A DNA stretch of 63,618 nucleotides, the filler included, from Octopus bimaculoides (Eukaryota): assembly GCF_001194135.2 (NCBI RefSeq). It is 9 parts of 9 records of this genome, joined end to end, with 100 filler letters (N's around TTAATTAATTAA, not from the genome) between each part and the next. Parts side by side here need not be neighbours in the genome. Positions count along the whole stretch, not along the records: positions 8,416 to 13,145 come from NC_069003.1; positions 13,246 to 32,156 come from NC_068996.1; 7 more parts are not named here. One strand, given 5' to 3'. Made by a program: the position numbers and the translations under genes. Under the pieces are notes generated by a model that saw only the letters and a list, made by a program, of their open reading frames with translations, was not told where the DNA came from and did no database searches. Shown piece after piece: positions 11,985 to 23,071 of this stretch (position 1 is its first letter; each line of letters opens with the position of its first letter).

Positions 11985-12425
11985 TTACAAATAATAATAA
12001 TAATAATAATAAATAAATAAATAAATAAATAGGAATAAATAAATAAAATAAAATTATCATAGAAAAAATAAAAAATAAAATAAAATTTAGATAGAAAAAA
12101 TAAATAAATAAAATAAAATAATTGCTGTTGTTTCAAAAATATGAAAAAAGTCAAAATATCGAATAAGTCAGTTGAAAATGTTAGAGCGGGAAAGAGAGAA
12201 AGAGAGGGAGAAAGAGAGAGACAGAGAGGGAGAGGAGACACAAGGAGAAAGAGGGTGAATATAGGGAGAGAAAAATAGTGAGAGAGCGCCTTAAAGAGAG
12301 GAATAAAGAGATAGGGAAAGAGGTGTGAAAGAAAGAGAGAGACAGAGGGAGAGAAGAGTGTGTATATGAGAGAGAAAAAGAAGGCGAGAGAGAGAAAGGG
12401 AGAAAGAGAGAAAGAGAGGGTGAAA
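11985..12425. repeat. (TAA)n/(TAAA)n and GA-rich low-complexity tract
   Basis: Direct inspection. Confidence 0.9.
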
Positions 12426-13249
12426 TTTAAGTAAGTGTTATATTGGAAGCCATTTTTCCCCACAAAACCGTTATCTTCCACTTTTTAAACAGGAATCCGA
12501 GAAACAAAAATAGGAAAAGGATTTAAGTTACAGGTCCGGTTAAATGAAGTACTTATTCCAAGACATATTGCTTCTGATGTGGTTCGCTTCGTTGTGTGTA
12601 TTTACATAGCATAAACATGCTTCATTTATTCCAGAATTATTACAAATTTTATTATGTTTAATTTTTTTTTAGCATTTTTCTTTAGAAACAGCGATCCCTA
12701 TTACCAAGTTGTTTTTGTGATTTAATAGTCTCCTTTTTTTCTCTCCCCAATTTCTTTTGTTTTAATCTTCGATGTGTTGATATGTTTGGTCCCATTGTGT
12801 TGCTTCAAAATGTGAACAGTATGAAGAGAGGGAAAAAAACCGGAACATTTTTCTGTAATAAAGTTATGATGTTTTTTACACTTGCATGCATCTGCAACAA
12901 TAACAACCACACCCAATACTACCACCACCACCATCACCAACACCAATAACATGACCCTCACTACCACCACCACCACAACTAATACCACTATTACCACCAT
13001 CTTCACCATAACTACAACAACATAACAGCCGCAGCAACAAGACAATCAACAACACTAAAAGCAACCATTGAGAACAACCAACTCACGCGCGCGTGCGTGT
13101 GTGCGTGCGTGCGTGTACGTGTGTGTGTGTGTGTGTGTGTGTGTGNNNNNNNNNNNNNNNNNNNNNNNNNNNNNNNNNNNNNNNNNNNNTTAATTAATTA
13201 ANNNNNNNNNNNNNNNNNNNNNNNNNNNNNNNNNNNNNNNNNNNNACAA

Positions 13250-14065
13250 ATTACCAAAAAAAGAAAAACATTTTTTTAAATGTCATTTTGTTGTGTGTGT
13301 GTGTGCAAAAAAACTAATTTTGACATACCTCTCTTAATTCCAAAAGACCCTCAACCACAACATGTTGGGGTTATTTATGTTCGTCATGAAACAGTAGTAG
13401 AGAAAACACTTTAATTTCACTTCTTGTCTTAGGACGGAGGGGAGGCAGAATGTTTATTTTATTTATTCTTTTGAAAAATTGAAATTTTACAAATTATATT
13501 TTCAGAATCATAATCTCCGTATTTTTCTACGTATTTCACAAAAAAAAAAAAAAATTTAAGTGAAAATTTAAGAAATGGGGCGAGGGTCGGGGTTTAAAAT
13601 TTTGAAATGCTTTCTTTTTGCAAATTCGGAATTTCCGCTATCGATGTAGGACAGTCTTTCGTTTTGACTCGAAAAATGTAAACACTGAATTCGGTAATTT
13701 CCGTGACCATGCGTTGTGTTGTCAACCATCAATTGACTTATCGATATGGGAAGAGAAAGGTAATAGGTTGTGCGTGTGTGCCCGTTCTGTTATTATGTGT
13801 TGTGGAATGTAGATATAACACACAGAGGAACAAGCACACGCGCACAACCTATTACCTTTCTCTTCCCATATCGATACGTCAACTGACAGTTGACAAGGTA
13901 AGTGATCACGGAAACTACCGAATTCAGTGTTTACATTTTCCGAGTCAAAACGAAAGATCGCCCGATATAGTGTGTTCCCGTAAAAAAAAAATTTTTTTTT
14001 TTAAATCCCAAAGCGGGTGCGGTCCATGATCTTCACCTCCGCCCACATATAGTATGAAACGATAT
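13250..14065. mobile_element. Unclassified DNA-transposon-like repeat with a central 300-bp palindrome; second copy at about 18780-19310
   Basis: Shared blocks TGTTGTGTGTGTGTGCAAAAAA.CTAATTTT..CA.ACCTCTCTTAATTCCAAAAGAC, GAATCATAATCTCCGTATTTTTCTACGTATTTC and TCCATG..CTT.ACCTCCGCC in the same order at both loci. Confidence 0.7.
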
Positions 14066-14084
14066 AATGTGAATGTATATAACA

Positions 14085-14985
14085 TTATATACCTGCGGGT
14101 AAATTTCTGCAATGTGCTTCAGGAAAGTTTGGAAGTTTTGTATAAATGTTGATGCATTGAACTGAAAATACCTTTATCTATGTGGTCCCATCTCAGTTCT
14201 CCTTCGGAACAATAAATATTTTTAAAAATTTGTTTAACATGACTCCAGTAGGCTACTAACTTGTTCGCACAAACGCCTCTAAGTGGTTGAACGAGATTTT
14301 CAGATTGGCTAATTGTCCCTTGTTTATAATCTAAAGATGAAAGATTCTTATAGCTTTCCCATTTATCAGTACACAGTGTACTGCCAGGTAAAACATTTTC
14401 TTGTATAATTGTTTCTAAGGTTTCAGCATTTTTGTCCTTAGAAACAATTATACAAGAAAATGTAACAAACCATTCTTCACTGTACTATCATAGAAACCAA
14501 CAATCCAAATTTTCTCTTTAATCTTACCTACATTAAACTTTCTATTAAACATCAGTGATTCCTCAATCTGTACCTCGTGACCATCACCTCCTAACTTTGT
14601 TCTGTCTTTGAGCAACTTGCTGCTACAAATTTCTCTACAATATGCGTACCATTGAATAGCTGTCACATGTGATACACCAACTTGACTCATACATGCTTGC
14701 TGTGAGTGGAGTTGCACCGGCAAAGTGATAAACGCTATGAAAAATAATTGTTATCGATAATTTTTATCTTTCCATAAACGTATTGCTCCTGATTGATTTC
14801 CTTTTTCGACAAGCTGGATACTTCCATAAATATCTGTCATTACTCCTCGGTGATTTTATGAATCTCAGAAATGTATGACAGGTACATCTTTTCTATTTAG
14901 AAAGCAATCCTTCTTTTTCAAATAATCTACAATGTAATAAGAAATCTCTGAGCGAGATGTAAACAGTAGCTGCACGACATCGTGA
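14085..14985 (-). pseudogene. Merlin (IS1595/ISXO2-like DDE) transposase fossil, nearly full CDS
   Basis: RC: GLLSK..RCTC..DRYLWKYPACRKRKSIRSNTFMER; WYAYCREIC..KLGGDGHEVQIEES..RKFNVGK..WIVG; NAETLETIIQENVLPGSTLCTDKWESY..L..Y; YWSHVK; FLKHIAEIYP*. Confidence 0.88.
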
Positions 14986-15247
14986 AGTATATTTGCCACC
15001 TAAATGTGGCTAACCCTTAAGGGTTGATGCTACTGTAGCTTGTAGCCCCAGGAAGACATCTCTTCCAGCTGGCTATTGACACACTTTCTGTGCCCTATCA
15101 GTATTTGTAAAAGGAAGTCATCTTTCCCATCTCCAACCTGATGTGATACACACGGACCGAAGTTTCTGGGTATTGACCCGTCATCAACGTGTGACAACCA
15201 CCGGTTGGCGATGGGAAGTGAATCTCAATGCAAATATATGTATATAC
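14986..15247. mobile_element. Small MITE-like element with AGTATATTTGC-type termini; inverted second copy at about 15384-15687
   Basis: Starts AGTATATTTGC, ends GCAAATAT(ATGTAT)ATACT; duplicated in inverted orientation. Confidence 0.55.
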
Positions 15248-15769
15248 TTTTTCCAGTGACGAAAAGTCACTGATCTCGAAAAGGTGGAAACAAGCAATAA
15301 TAAATCTCTGAGTTAGGTATAAACAGTAGCTGCACGACGAGATTTATTATTTCTTGTTTCCACTTTTTCGTCACTGGAAAAAGTGTATACATATATTTGC
15401 ACTGAGAACCACTTCCCATCGCCAACCGGTGGTTGTCACACGCTGATAACGGGTCAATACCCAGAAACTCGGATCCGTGTGTATCACGTCAGGTTGGAGA
15501 TGGGAAANNNNNNNNNNATCCGTGTGTATCACGTCAGGTTGGAGATGGGAAAGATGACTTCCCTTTGCAAATACTGATAGGGCACAGAAAGTGTGTCAAT
15601 AGCCAGCTGGAGATGTCTTCCAGGGGCTCCAATCTGCAGGTAGCATCAACCCTTAAGGGTTAGCTACATTTAGGTTGCAAATATACTAACCCTAATCCCT
15701 CCCAATTCTACGGCCTTGGCCTTCAAGCAGGCTATCCTCATGGGGTCCGTTTACGTCTCCGCCATGTAC

Positions 15770-15895
15770 GCCGTTCAAATTCCACCGAGGTCGACTTTGC
15801 CTTTCATCCTTTCGGGGTCGATAAGTTGCGTACTGGGGTCGATCTAATTGACTAGCCCCCTCCCCCAAAATTTCGGGCCTTGTGCCTGAAAAGAA
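15770..15895 (+). mobile_element. SINE family A, 3' part
   Basis: TTCAAATTCCACCGAGGTCGACTTTGCCTTTCATCCTTTCGGGGTCGATAA...GGGCCTTGTGCC. Confidence 0.88.
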
Positions 15896-16500
15896 GGTTA
15901 ATGTTTACAACTCTACGGTTAACCGAAAAGAATATTTTTCTCCCCATAAACCCATTTGAGTAATGGAAAAGGTTTAAGAAAAATGCCAGAAATTGATAAA
16001 CATAGGGGTGAATTTTTTTTTTTTTTTTTTCACCGAAAAGGTTTCTCTCCCATCGTTTTTAAGTGTAGTGGCCGCAAAATCTGTCCGAAGAAGTTGGAGC
16101 GGGGGAATCATCGAGCGTAGTGCCAACAAAATCGGTCGGGAATGGAGGAGCGTGAAAAAATCCCCGTCAAAACGGAGAAATTCCCAAATTCGGGGTAGGG
16201 TGAAATAAAAAATCATTTTCGCAAATTGTTTTGCTAAAAAGATAGTCCACAGCACTTCCAAGGGCACCGTGAAAAAAAATTAAATCAGAAAAATCCCCCA
16301 TAGAACGGAAATTTCCAGCTTGTTGATACTGACTCCGATGTCTGCAAAATACGTGCCAATATTTATGAACAGATGTAACCACAGATGTGTAGAATATTTT
16401 TTTATTACTATTGTTGTTGAAAAACAAAACTTTTTTAAGACTTGTCTTAATTTTCGTCATTCCTTTAACTTGAGTGGAAATCTCCCTACCACCACCAAAC
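15896..16500. mobile_element. Unclassified CpG-rich non-coding DNA-transposon-like segment
   Basis: Compositional only: CpG-rich with runs typical of transposon subterminal DNA; no coding motif. Confidence 0.3.
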
Positions 16501-16523
16501 AAAACTGATAATTTCTACTTTAA

Positions 16524-17738
16524 CACCAGGCCACCAAAACAAAAGAAAGAAAGAAGGGTAATAGGTGTTTTAAAAAATGCGTATTAAACTAATGTGAAAG
16601 CAAAAATTTGCGCCAACGAACCGGGGTGAACTTTCGAAAAATTCACACGATCCGAATTTCCCCCCTCATAACTTTTAGAAAAATGGATATCTTTTAATGA
16701 AATTGGACCTTTGTGATTTGACGGGCAACATTTTTTTATGTAGTGTTTTTGGTACCGAAACACTTTCAAACTTCGTATACTTGTATATTTTGTGGTATAG
16801 AACAGATAATACATTTTGTATTCGAAGTTATTTCACGTTAAAAATTGTCTTATTTCGATAATTTCAACTAATCACTGACGTCTATTCAGTTGAATACAGT
16901 TAGTGCTGTGACAGTGTATATGGTATTAATCCCCGTTAGTTCTGACATTTCGGATTAACTAGACTGTTCATAAACAAAGGGGAATACTTGAATATTGCCT
17001 GCACTTGTTATTGGAGCTACCAGAATTATTAATGCACCTCCACCAAGTGCTTCATTTCCTAGAAATNNNNNNNNNNNNNNNNNNNNNNNNNNNGTTATGG
17101 GAAAAATATACACACACAGATACGCACAGCGTAATTTATTATATAAACAATATATGCGTATAAATTACGATTAAACCGGATGAAATATGTCACAGGGAAT
17201 AACATTTTTATGACCGACCAGACGTCAGTGATTGGTTGAAATTACAGAAATACGACAACTTTAACATGAAATAACTTGCGATGTACATTTTTTTGTTAAG
17301 AAGGCTAAGAGAAAAAGTTGTTTTGTATGACACATTCTACCAGTATCCCAAGTTTGAAAGTGTTTCGTTAAGAAAACAAGTGTTGCCCGTCAAATCATAA
17401 AGATCCATGAAATTTTATATAAATACCTTTCTAACAGCATAGATTATGAATTTCTTTCTTTTCTAAAGTCCTTTCCCCACCCCCTCGGAAAAAAATTGCC
17501 CCTCAAATTACTTTATAATTGTAATCTGTGCCATTTGAAAGTTATGTATATAAAATTTCATTAAAAGATATCCATTTTTCTAAAAGTTATGAGGAAAAAA
17601 ATCGGATGTTGTGAATTTTCCGAAAGTCCTCTTCCCCCTTCCCCCGGTTCGTTGGCGCAAATTTTTGTTTTCATATTCGTTTGATATACATTTGTTTACA
17701 CCTATTACACTCGTTCTTTTCTTTTTGGTGGCCGGGTG
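16524..17738. mobile_element. Non-autonomous foldback element with long imperfect TIRs and TTAA target duplication (piggyBac-like)
   Basis: TTAA|CACCAGGCCACCAAAA...TTTTGGTGGCCGGGTG|TTAA; arms about 16524-16910 and 17200-17738 are reverse complements (e.g. AAATTTGCGCCAACGAACCGGGG vs CCCCGGTTCGTTGGCGCAAATTT). Confidence 0.75.
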
Positions 17739-17954
17739 TTAACAGAAAGCGCGACGGATCACGATTGTGGCCGTCAGGCACAGGTCGACAGGCCACGTTG
17801 CATTTAATTTATGAGCGTTTGTTGAAATGTTTCTCAAGAGATAGTTCAACTTATGACTTTTCAGATGATGTAAAACTTGCCACGATTATATACTAAGGAG
17901 ATATTTTGGATCTTTTCAATTTGACCGACAGATTTTTTTAATTGATTTTTGTTA

Positions 17955-18175
17955 ACTAAACACTTTGAAACTTCGGATATTGGTACAACGTATCACATAG
18001 AACAGGGTTTACTCTTAACGTTTTTGACAAAATGTTGTATTTTAGAAGTAATTTCGTGTTAAAGTTATAATATTTGAGTAATTTCAACCAATCAATGACG
18101 TGTATTCAGCAGAAGAAAATTACTGCTGCTGTTTGCGAACAACAACTTCCGGATCCACTCCCCTAACAAAACCCT
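17955..18175 (+). mobile_element. Extra arm fragment of the same foldback family
   Basis: AACACTTTGAAACTTCGGATA...TAATTTCAACCAATCAATGACGTGTATTCAG parallels 16758-16910. Confidence 0.7.
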
Positions 18176-19309
18176 TCCTTAATAACCAGAGATGTTTTTT
18201 ATAGCAACATAAATTTCAGGGTTGATTTGAGGTTAAAATAACAACAAAATTATTACTGAGACAGACCAACGACGGAGCCTGTATGTGGTTACATGACCTG
18301 CTAGAAAAAGTAGCCAAACTTTTTTTTTATATGAAGAATAGAAAAACCTCTATCCTGTGATATACACGTAGAGTCTATTATGTCTGGGAAAAAAGACGCG
18401 ATGGTCATAGTTGACGCGTCATTGATCATACCTGTTCAATCAGATCCAAATCGGGACTAAGCAACAAGTGACGAAGGGAACAAGAGAGCCTTTACCTGGT
18501 TGGTCGAGTTGCTAGAAAGAGCAGCCAAATCTTCCTGACAAAAAGAAAAATGAAATTTCAGTCTTCTAGAAAAAAAATAATAATGCAAGTTTTTATTATT
18601 TTATAATGTTCAACTACGAATTCATTACTTCTAGAAAAAAATAAGACAAGATAGTCATGGCTGGAACGTCTTTTCTCACAGATCCATTACAATCAGAGCT
18701 ATCCTGTGGTAAAATCAATATTCTTCACTGGATGTTGAAGATAGCAAGTATCCATATTCCAAATATTGGGATTCCCTTATAAAATCGACATTTCAAAACA
18801 TGTTATTTGTTGTGTGTGTGTGCAAAAAATCTAATTTTTACAGACCTCTCTTAATTCCAAAAGACTCTCAACCACATGTTCACTTTCTTTCACAGATGCA
18901 CTGGCAGAGGGGTGTTTATTTATTTATATATTTTCAAAAATTGAAATTTTACAATTTTTTTTCTTCGGAATCATAATCTCCGTATTTTTCTACGTATTTC
19001 GCAAAAAANNNNNNNNNNNNNNNNNNNNNNNNNNNNNNNNNNNNNNNNNNNNNNNNNNNNNNNNNNNNNNNNNNNNNNNNNNNNNNNNNNNNNNNNNNNN
19101 NNNNNNNNNNNNNNNNNNNNNNNNNNNNNNNNNNNNNNNNNNNNNNNNNNNNNNNNNNNNNNNNNNNNNNNNNNNNNNNNNNNNNNNNNNNNNNNNNNNN
19201 NNNNNNNNNNNNNNNNNNNNNNNNNNNNNNNNNNNNNNNNNNNNNNNNNNNNNAGTCCATGTCCTTTACCTCCGCCATATATCCTCCTAAATTCACATTA
19301 TATATATAT

Positions 19310-19368
19310 ATAACAAAACTGTCCGATGAACGGGACAGTGAAACTCAGAGTAACAGTCTTTTGTTATA
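19310..19368 (+). ncRNA. Minimal type I hammerhead ribozyme motif (PLE terminal-repeat type) with one core substitution
   Basis: ACTGT-CCGATGA-AC(GGGACA)GT-GAAA-CTC(A)GAG-TA-ACAGT; stem I extends ATATAACAAAA/TTTTGTTATAT; AATAAA follows at about 19384. Confidence 0.6.
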
Positions 19369-20309
19369 TTTCTGCTGCTTTTAAATAAAGTATATATGTA
19401 TATATATATATATATGATGCAGGTGACAACAATATACATGCACACATATTGTAACAACTATCAAACTCAATCTCAATTTAAAACAACTATTTTTATATCT
19501 TTGTTGTCTTTTTTCTTTAATTTTCCTTACGAATACACCAACTCACCATACACCACAGAAATAGGTGGGGAGTAATACAGAAAATAAATAGAAACACGTA
19601 ACCACCTGTTAAGTGGCTCTACAGCTCTTAACTTCATCTATTTTATGTCACAGTGATGCTGTGGATTGTAGTCATCGCCACTTGATCTTCGTATCCTGTG
19701 AGACAGCAGCATCAACTCTACTGCAGGAAGTCATTTGCCGCCTAGTGATGATGCTGTGGACTGTAACCAGACAGAAATTCTCAGAAAATTTAAGAGAAAA
19801 CAAAAAAGGAAAAAGAAACCAAGAATCCATTTTATGGTCACAAAACAAAACAATAAACGACGATATTAATAAACTGAATGAAATATAGACAGGGAAACAC
19901 ATACATACATCCACAGTGCCAGAAACGTCAGCTAGGTATATGCTGAACACAAAGTAAATGTCGCCGAAGGACGACATAACAAAGAGAGAAAGTACACAGA
20001 CAGAGAGGGTCTTTTATCTGTTTCCCTTAAATCCCTTCTCGTTAAGAGTCTCCCTGTCTGTTTTTCTCACTTTGATCTTGTGAGCCTTGCTATAGATCTC
20101 TGACTCTGTCTATTGCTCTCTCCTGCACATCTGTCTGTCTCTCTGTTATGAACTGCTAAAACTGGAAGTTGTTGAGTGACCCACATCAGGTGAAATGCTA
20201 GAAGCACCAGCAAAACCTTATGCATTTATTTAATTACATGCCAGTTAAGGTCTTATTAAAATATAAATGCTTAAATGTTTTCGTTATCGTTTTACTTGTG
20301 AAAGCACAT

Positions 20310-20700
20310 GACGTACTGGTTAGGACGTTGCATTCGTGATTGTAAGTTCGTGCTTTCGATTCCCAGAGTGGGTGGTACCTTGTTTTCAAAACGTTTCACA
20401 TTGCTCCTTTCACCGACTGACAACTCTTTCAAGGCCAATGTGTTTTGTGAACTTATACGCCATGGAAACTGGGTAACTAGCCCGATCAGTCCTAGCACTC
20501 TACACTGTACTTATTTATAATTTTACTTATTCCACTCACTGGACCGCGGCCATACTGGGGCACCACCTTGAAGGGTCAAGCATATCGAACCTAGAATTTA
20601 TTTTTAAGTCCAATAATTATTTATCGATTTCTTGTGCCAAACCATTAAATTAGTGGAGCGTAAATAAATCAGCTGCATTTGTCAAGAAAGTCGAGTGGAT
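20310..20700. mobile_element. Degenerate SINE pieces (head +, family B tail -)
   Basis: GGTTAGGACGTTG...TTCGATTCC...TTGTTTTCAAAACG; GGACCGCGGCCATACTGGGGCACCACC. Confidence 0.6.
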
Positions 20701-21134
20701 GAAGTCAACACGAACACGTTTTCCGATTGGAGTCTCTTTACAGCTGATATACAAACGGTATGTACATATACATACGTAAGTTAACGAGTGATACCTGTAA
20801 AGTGTTAGAAATAACAGCCAAATCTCCTAATAACCTACTTCCTTAATTTTAACTACTGTTTCTTTATACATTGTCCTCATTTAAATGTGTGGTGTATGTA
20901 TGTGTATATATTTAGAAACATCGCTTTACTGGCTATATATATATATATATATAGTCGATCTGGAAATCTTTCGCCTTTAGCAGCATAACTGTCATATTAG
21001 AACAGCTGAATTGTTCGTTAGTTTCCGTAAAAAATTATCTATTTTTTTACTTTTGTTTTCATGACATGTGGAAGGCGACATTCGCTTTGAAGTGAGAGGA
21101 GAAAGTGAAAATTACGTGTATATGAAAGATAGTG

Positions 21135-21600
21135 GGTGTCGTCATCATCCTCATCATGTCCGTTTTCCATGTTGGCATGGTTTGGACGGTTTGACTGAAG
21201 ACTGGCAAGCCAGGAGGCTGCTCCAGGTTCCCATCTGATCTGGCAGAGTTTCTACAGCTGGATGCCCTTCCTAATGCCAACCACTCCAAGAATGTAGTGG
21301 GTGCTTTTTGCATGCCACCGACACGAGGGCCAGTCAGGCGGTACTGGCATCGGCCACGTTCGAATAGTGATTTTCCCCTACCACCAGCACAGGAGCCAGT
21401 CGGGGCGGGGGCGGGGGGGGCATCAACCACGTTCGGATGGTGCTTTTAACGTGCCACCAGCACGGGAGGCAGTCAGGCGGCACTGGCATCGGCCACAACT
21501 ACAATTTCCATTTGATTGTGATTTACTTGACTCAATAGGTCTCCTCAAGCATGGTATGTCGCCCGACGATTCAAAGGTACTTTTTAGATGGACTGGTTAT
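21135..21600 (-). mobile_element. RTE-associated short retroposon segment (also about 39380-39660, 39880-40030, 43030-43330, 46880-47070)
   Basis: Recurrent CATCATC...TCCGTTTTCCATG.TGGCATGG.TTGGACG...CTACAGCTGGATGCCCTTCCTAATGCCAACC; the RTE link is from general knowledge of this motif. Confidence 0.75.
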
Positions 21601-21984
21601 GTGACACTGATGTAGGCTACGTCTACGTGTGTATATTTGTATATATTTGCGTGTGTAAGCTAATTAAGTAGGGAGTTGCTATAGAGACCCCTAATTCAAT
21701 TCTTATTATGAATCGGAAATCCCTTGAGGTAAAGTCGTTTCGAAAGGACTGGATTTAACTACGTTCATTGGAGAAGAAGACGATTACCGTTTCCATTCCT
21801 CTAATTAGCACACACACGCACGCACACACACATCTGGCAACAGACTCTCGGACATAGATTTCTGACGATCGCCGTCTAAGTTATAGGATCCGCTCTTGAC
21901 ACACCCACATCAAACGCTACCTGGATGGCTGGACGATATAGGATAATTGAATGTCATTTCTGTTAATGACCTGACTCAAAGAAA

Positions 21985-22375
21985 TTGAGAGACATTCTTA
22001 GAGACATTTATGTCATATTGAATGACACGAATTCAACGATCCAATTCCTGACATCTCTGAGATTGATCCACAATTCTTCCGAGTGTTGTAACCAGCCTAT
22101 GTTCCTTTCACCGTGGCATAGAGTAACCGAAGGAAGAACGTGGAGGTGTTCTGTTTGCCATCGATCTCAGAGCATTAGACACAATTCGTTTCTTCCGGGT
22201 GCCCATCTACCGTTGGTTACCCTTAGAGTTGATATATTACTAGGCTGGTATGGATTGCAAGCAGTGTGTTGTAATGAGCAAAGCTGGAATTGCACCAGAA
22301 GCAACTGTTAACTGGTACAATTACTTCTGCAATGGTTATGCCATGCGGTGCATTGACAATCCTGTGCAACTTGTG
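21985..22375 (+). pseudogene. Second Merlin transposase fossil, N-terminal zinc-binding part, diverged from the 14-kb copy
   Basis: IQFLTSLRLIHNSSECCNQPM..EGRTWRCSVCHRSQSIRHNSFL.GAHLPL; EATVNWYNY..MRCIDNPVQL. Confidence 0.8.
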
Positions 22376-22487
22376 TATGTGACTGACTACAAATACATAG
22401 AGCGGAACACAGCGCGCGCACACACATACACACACATCACTTTCATATACATGTACACACATCATTCGGTCAAGATACAGTTTAAGC

Positions 22488-22695
22488 AAGGCGGCGAGCA
22501 GAGAGAAACGTTACCCTACTGGACGAAATGCTTAGCGATATTTCGTCTGTCTTTATGTTCTGAGTTCAAATTCCACCGAGGTCGACTTTGCCTTTTAACC
22601 TTTCAGGGTCGATAAATTAAGTACCAGTTGTGTACTGGATCTAATCGACTGACTCCCTTCCCCAAAATTTAGGGCATTGTACCTAGATAGTACAG
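22488..22695 (+). mobile_element. SINE family A
   Basis: GGCGGCGAGC...TGAGTTCAAATTCCACCGAGGTCGACTTTGCC...GATAAATTAAGTACCAG. Confidence 0.9.
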
Positions 22696-22870
22696 TTCTA
22701 TATTTAAGGGATGAGGAATTCTGTACATTATTTACATTTGACGGATATTTCTCCTCATCTTGTTTGTTGTTAACACAGCATTTCAGCTAATATACCCTCC
22801 AGCCATCATCATGTGTCTTGGGGGAAATTTCGAACCTGGATTCTTGTTCCTAACGTATTTTTCATTCCTA
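22695..22870 (-). mobile_element. Penelope-type terminal-repeat fragment with decayed hammerhead; second copy at about 37195-37335
   Basis: Shared GGATATTT.TCCTCATCTTGTTTGTTGTTAACAC...CCCTCCAGCC.TCATCA..GTCTTGGGG.AAATTTCGAACCTGG; RC contains CTGATGA...GAAAC. Confidence 0.7.
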
Positions 22871-23071
22871 AGGTATTACTGAGTGAGAGAGCAGTGCATG
22901 CCATCAAAGTGACACTGGGGTAAAATATACGAAGCCCATTATACCCATCATGACTACCCGTCTGATAAGGATACACCAGGCACATGCATCACAACCATAT
23001 GTGCGCGATATGGTGATCAAGATAAACAGCGCATGACTTCGCAGGTGGGGCCCAGTTGGAATTTTCTTCAG

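Noticed and set aside
15474-15552. Tandem 34-bp duplication around a 10-N gap (similar at 37845-37930 and 60000-60460)
   Set aside because: Identical sequence on both sides of a gap indicates contig-end overlap.
17845-17885. YDFSDDVKL resembling an RT YADD motif
   Set aside because: No flanking RT motifs; too short.
20744-20757. 14-nt microexon-like site (also 41322-41345 and about 55347-55365)
   Set aside because: Weak donor or non-frame-preserving length, or inside degenerate repeat; not distinguishable from chance.
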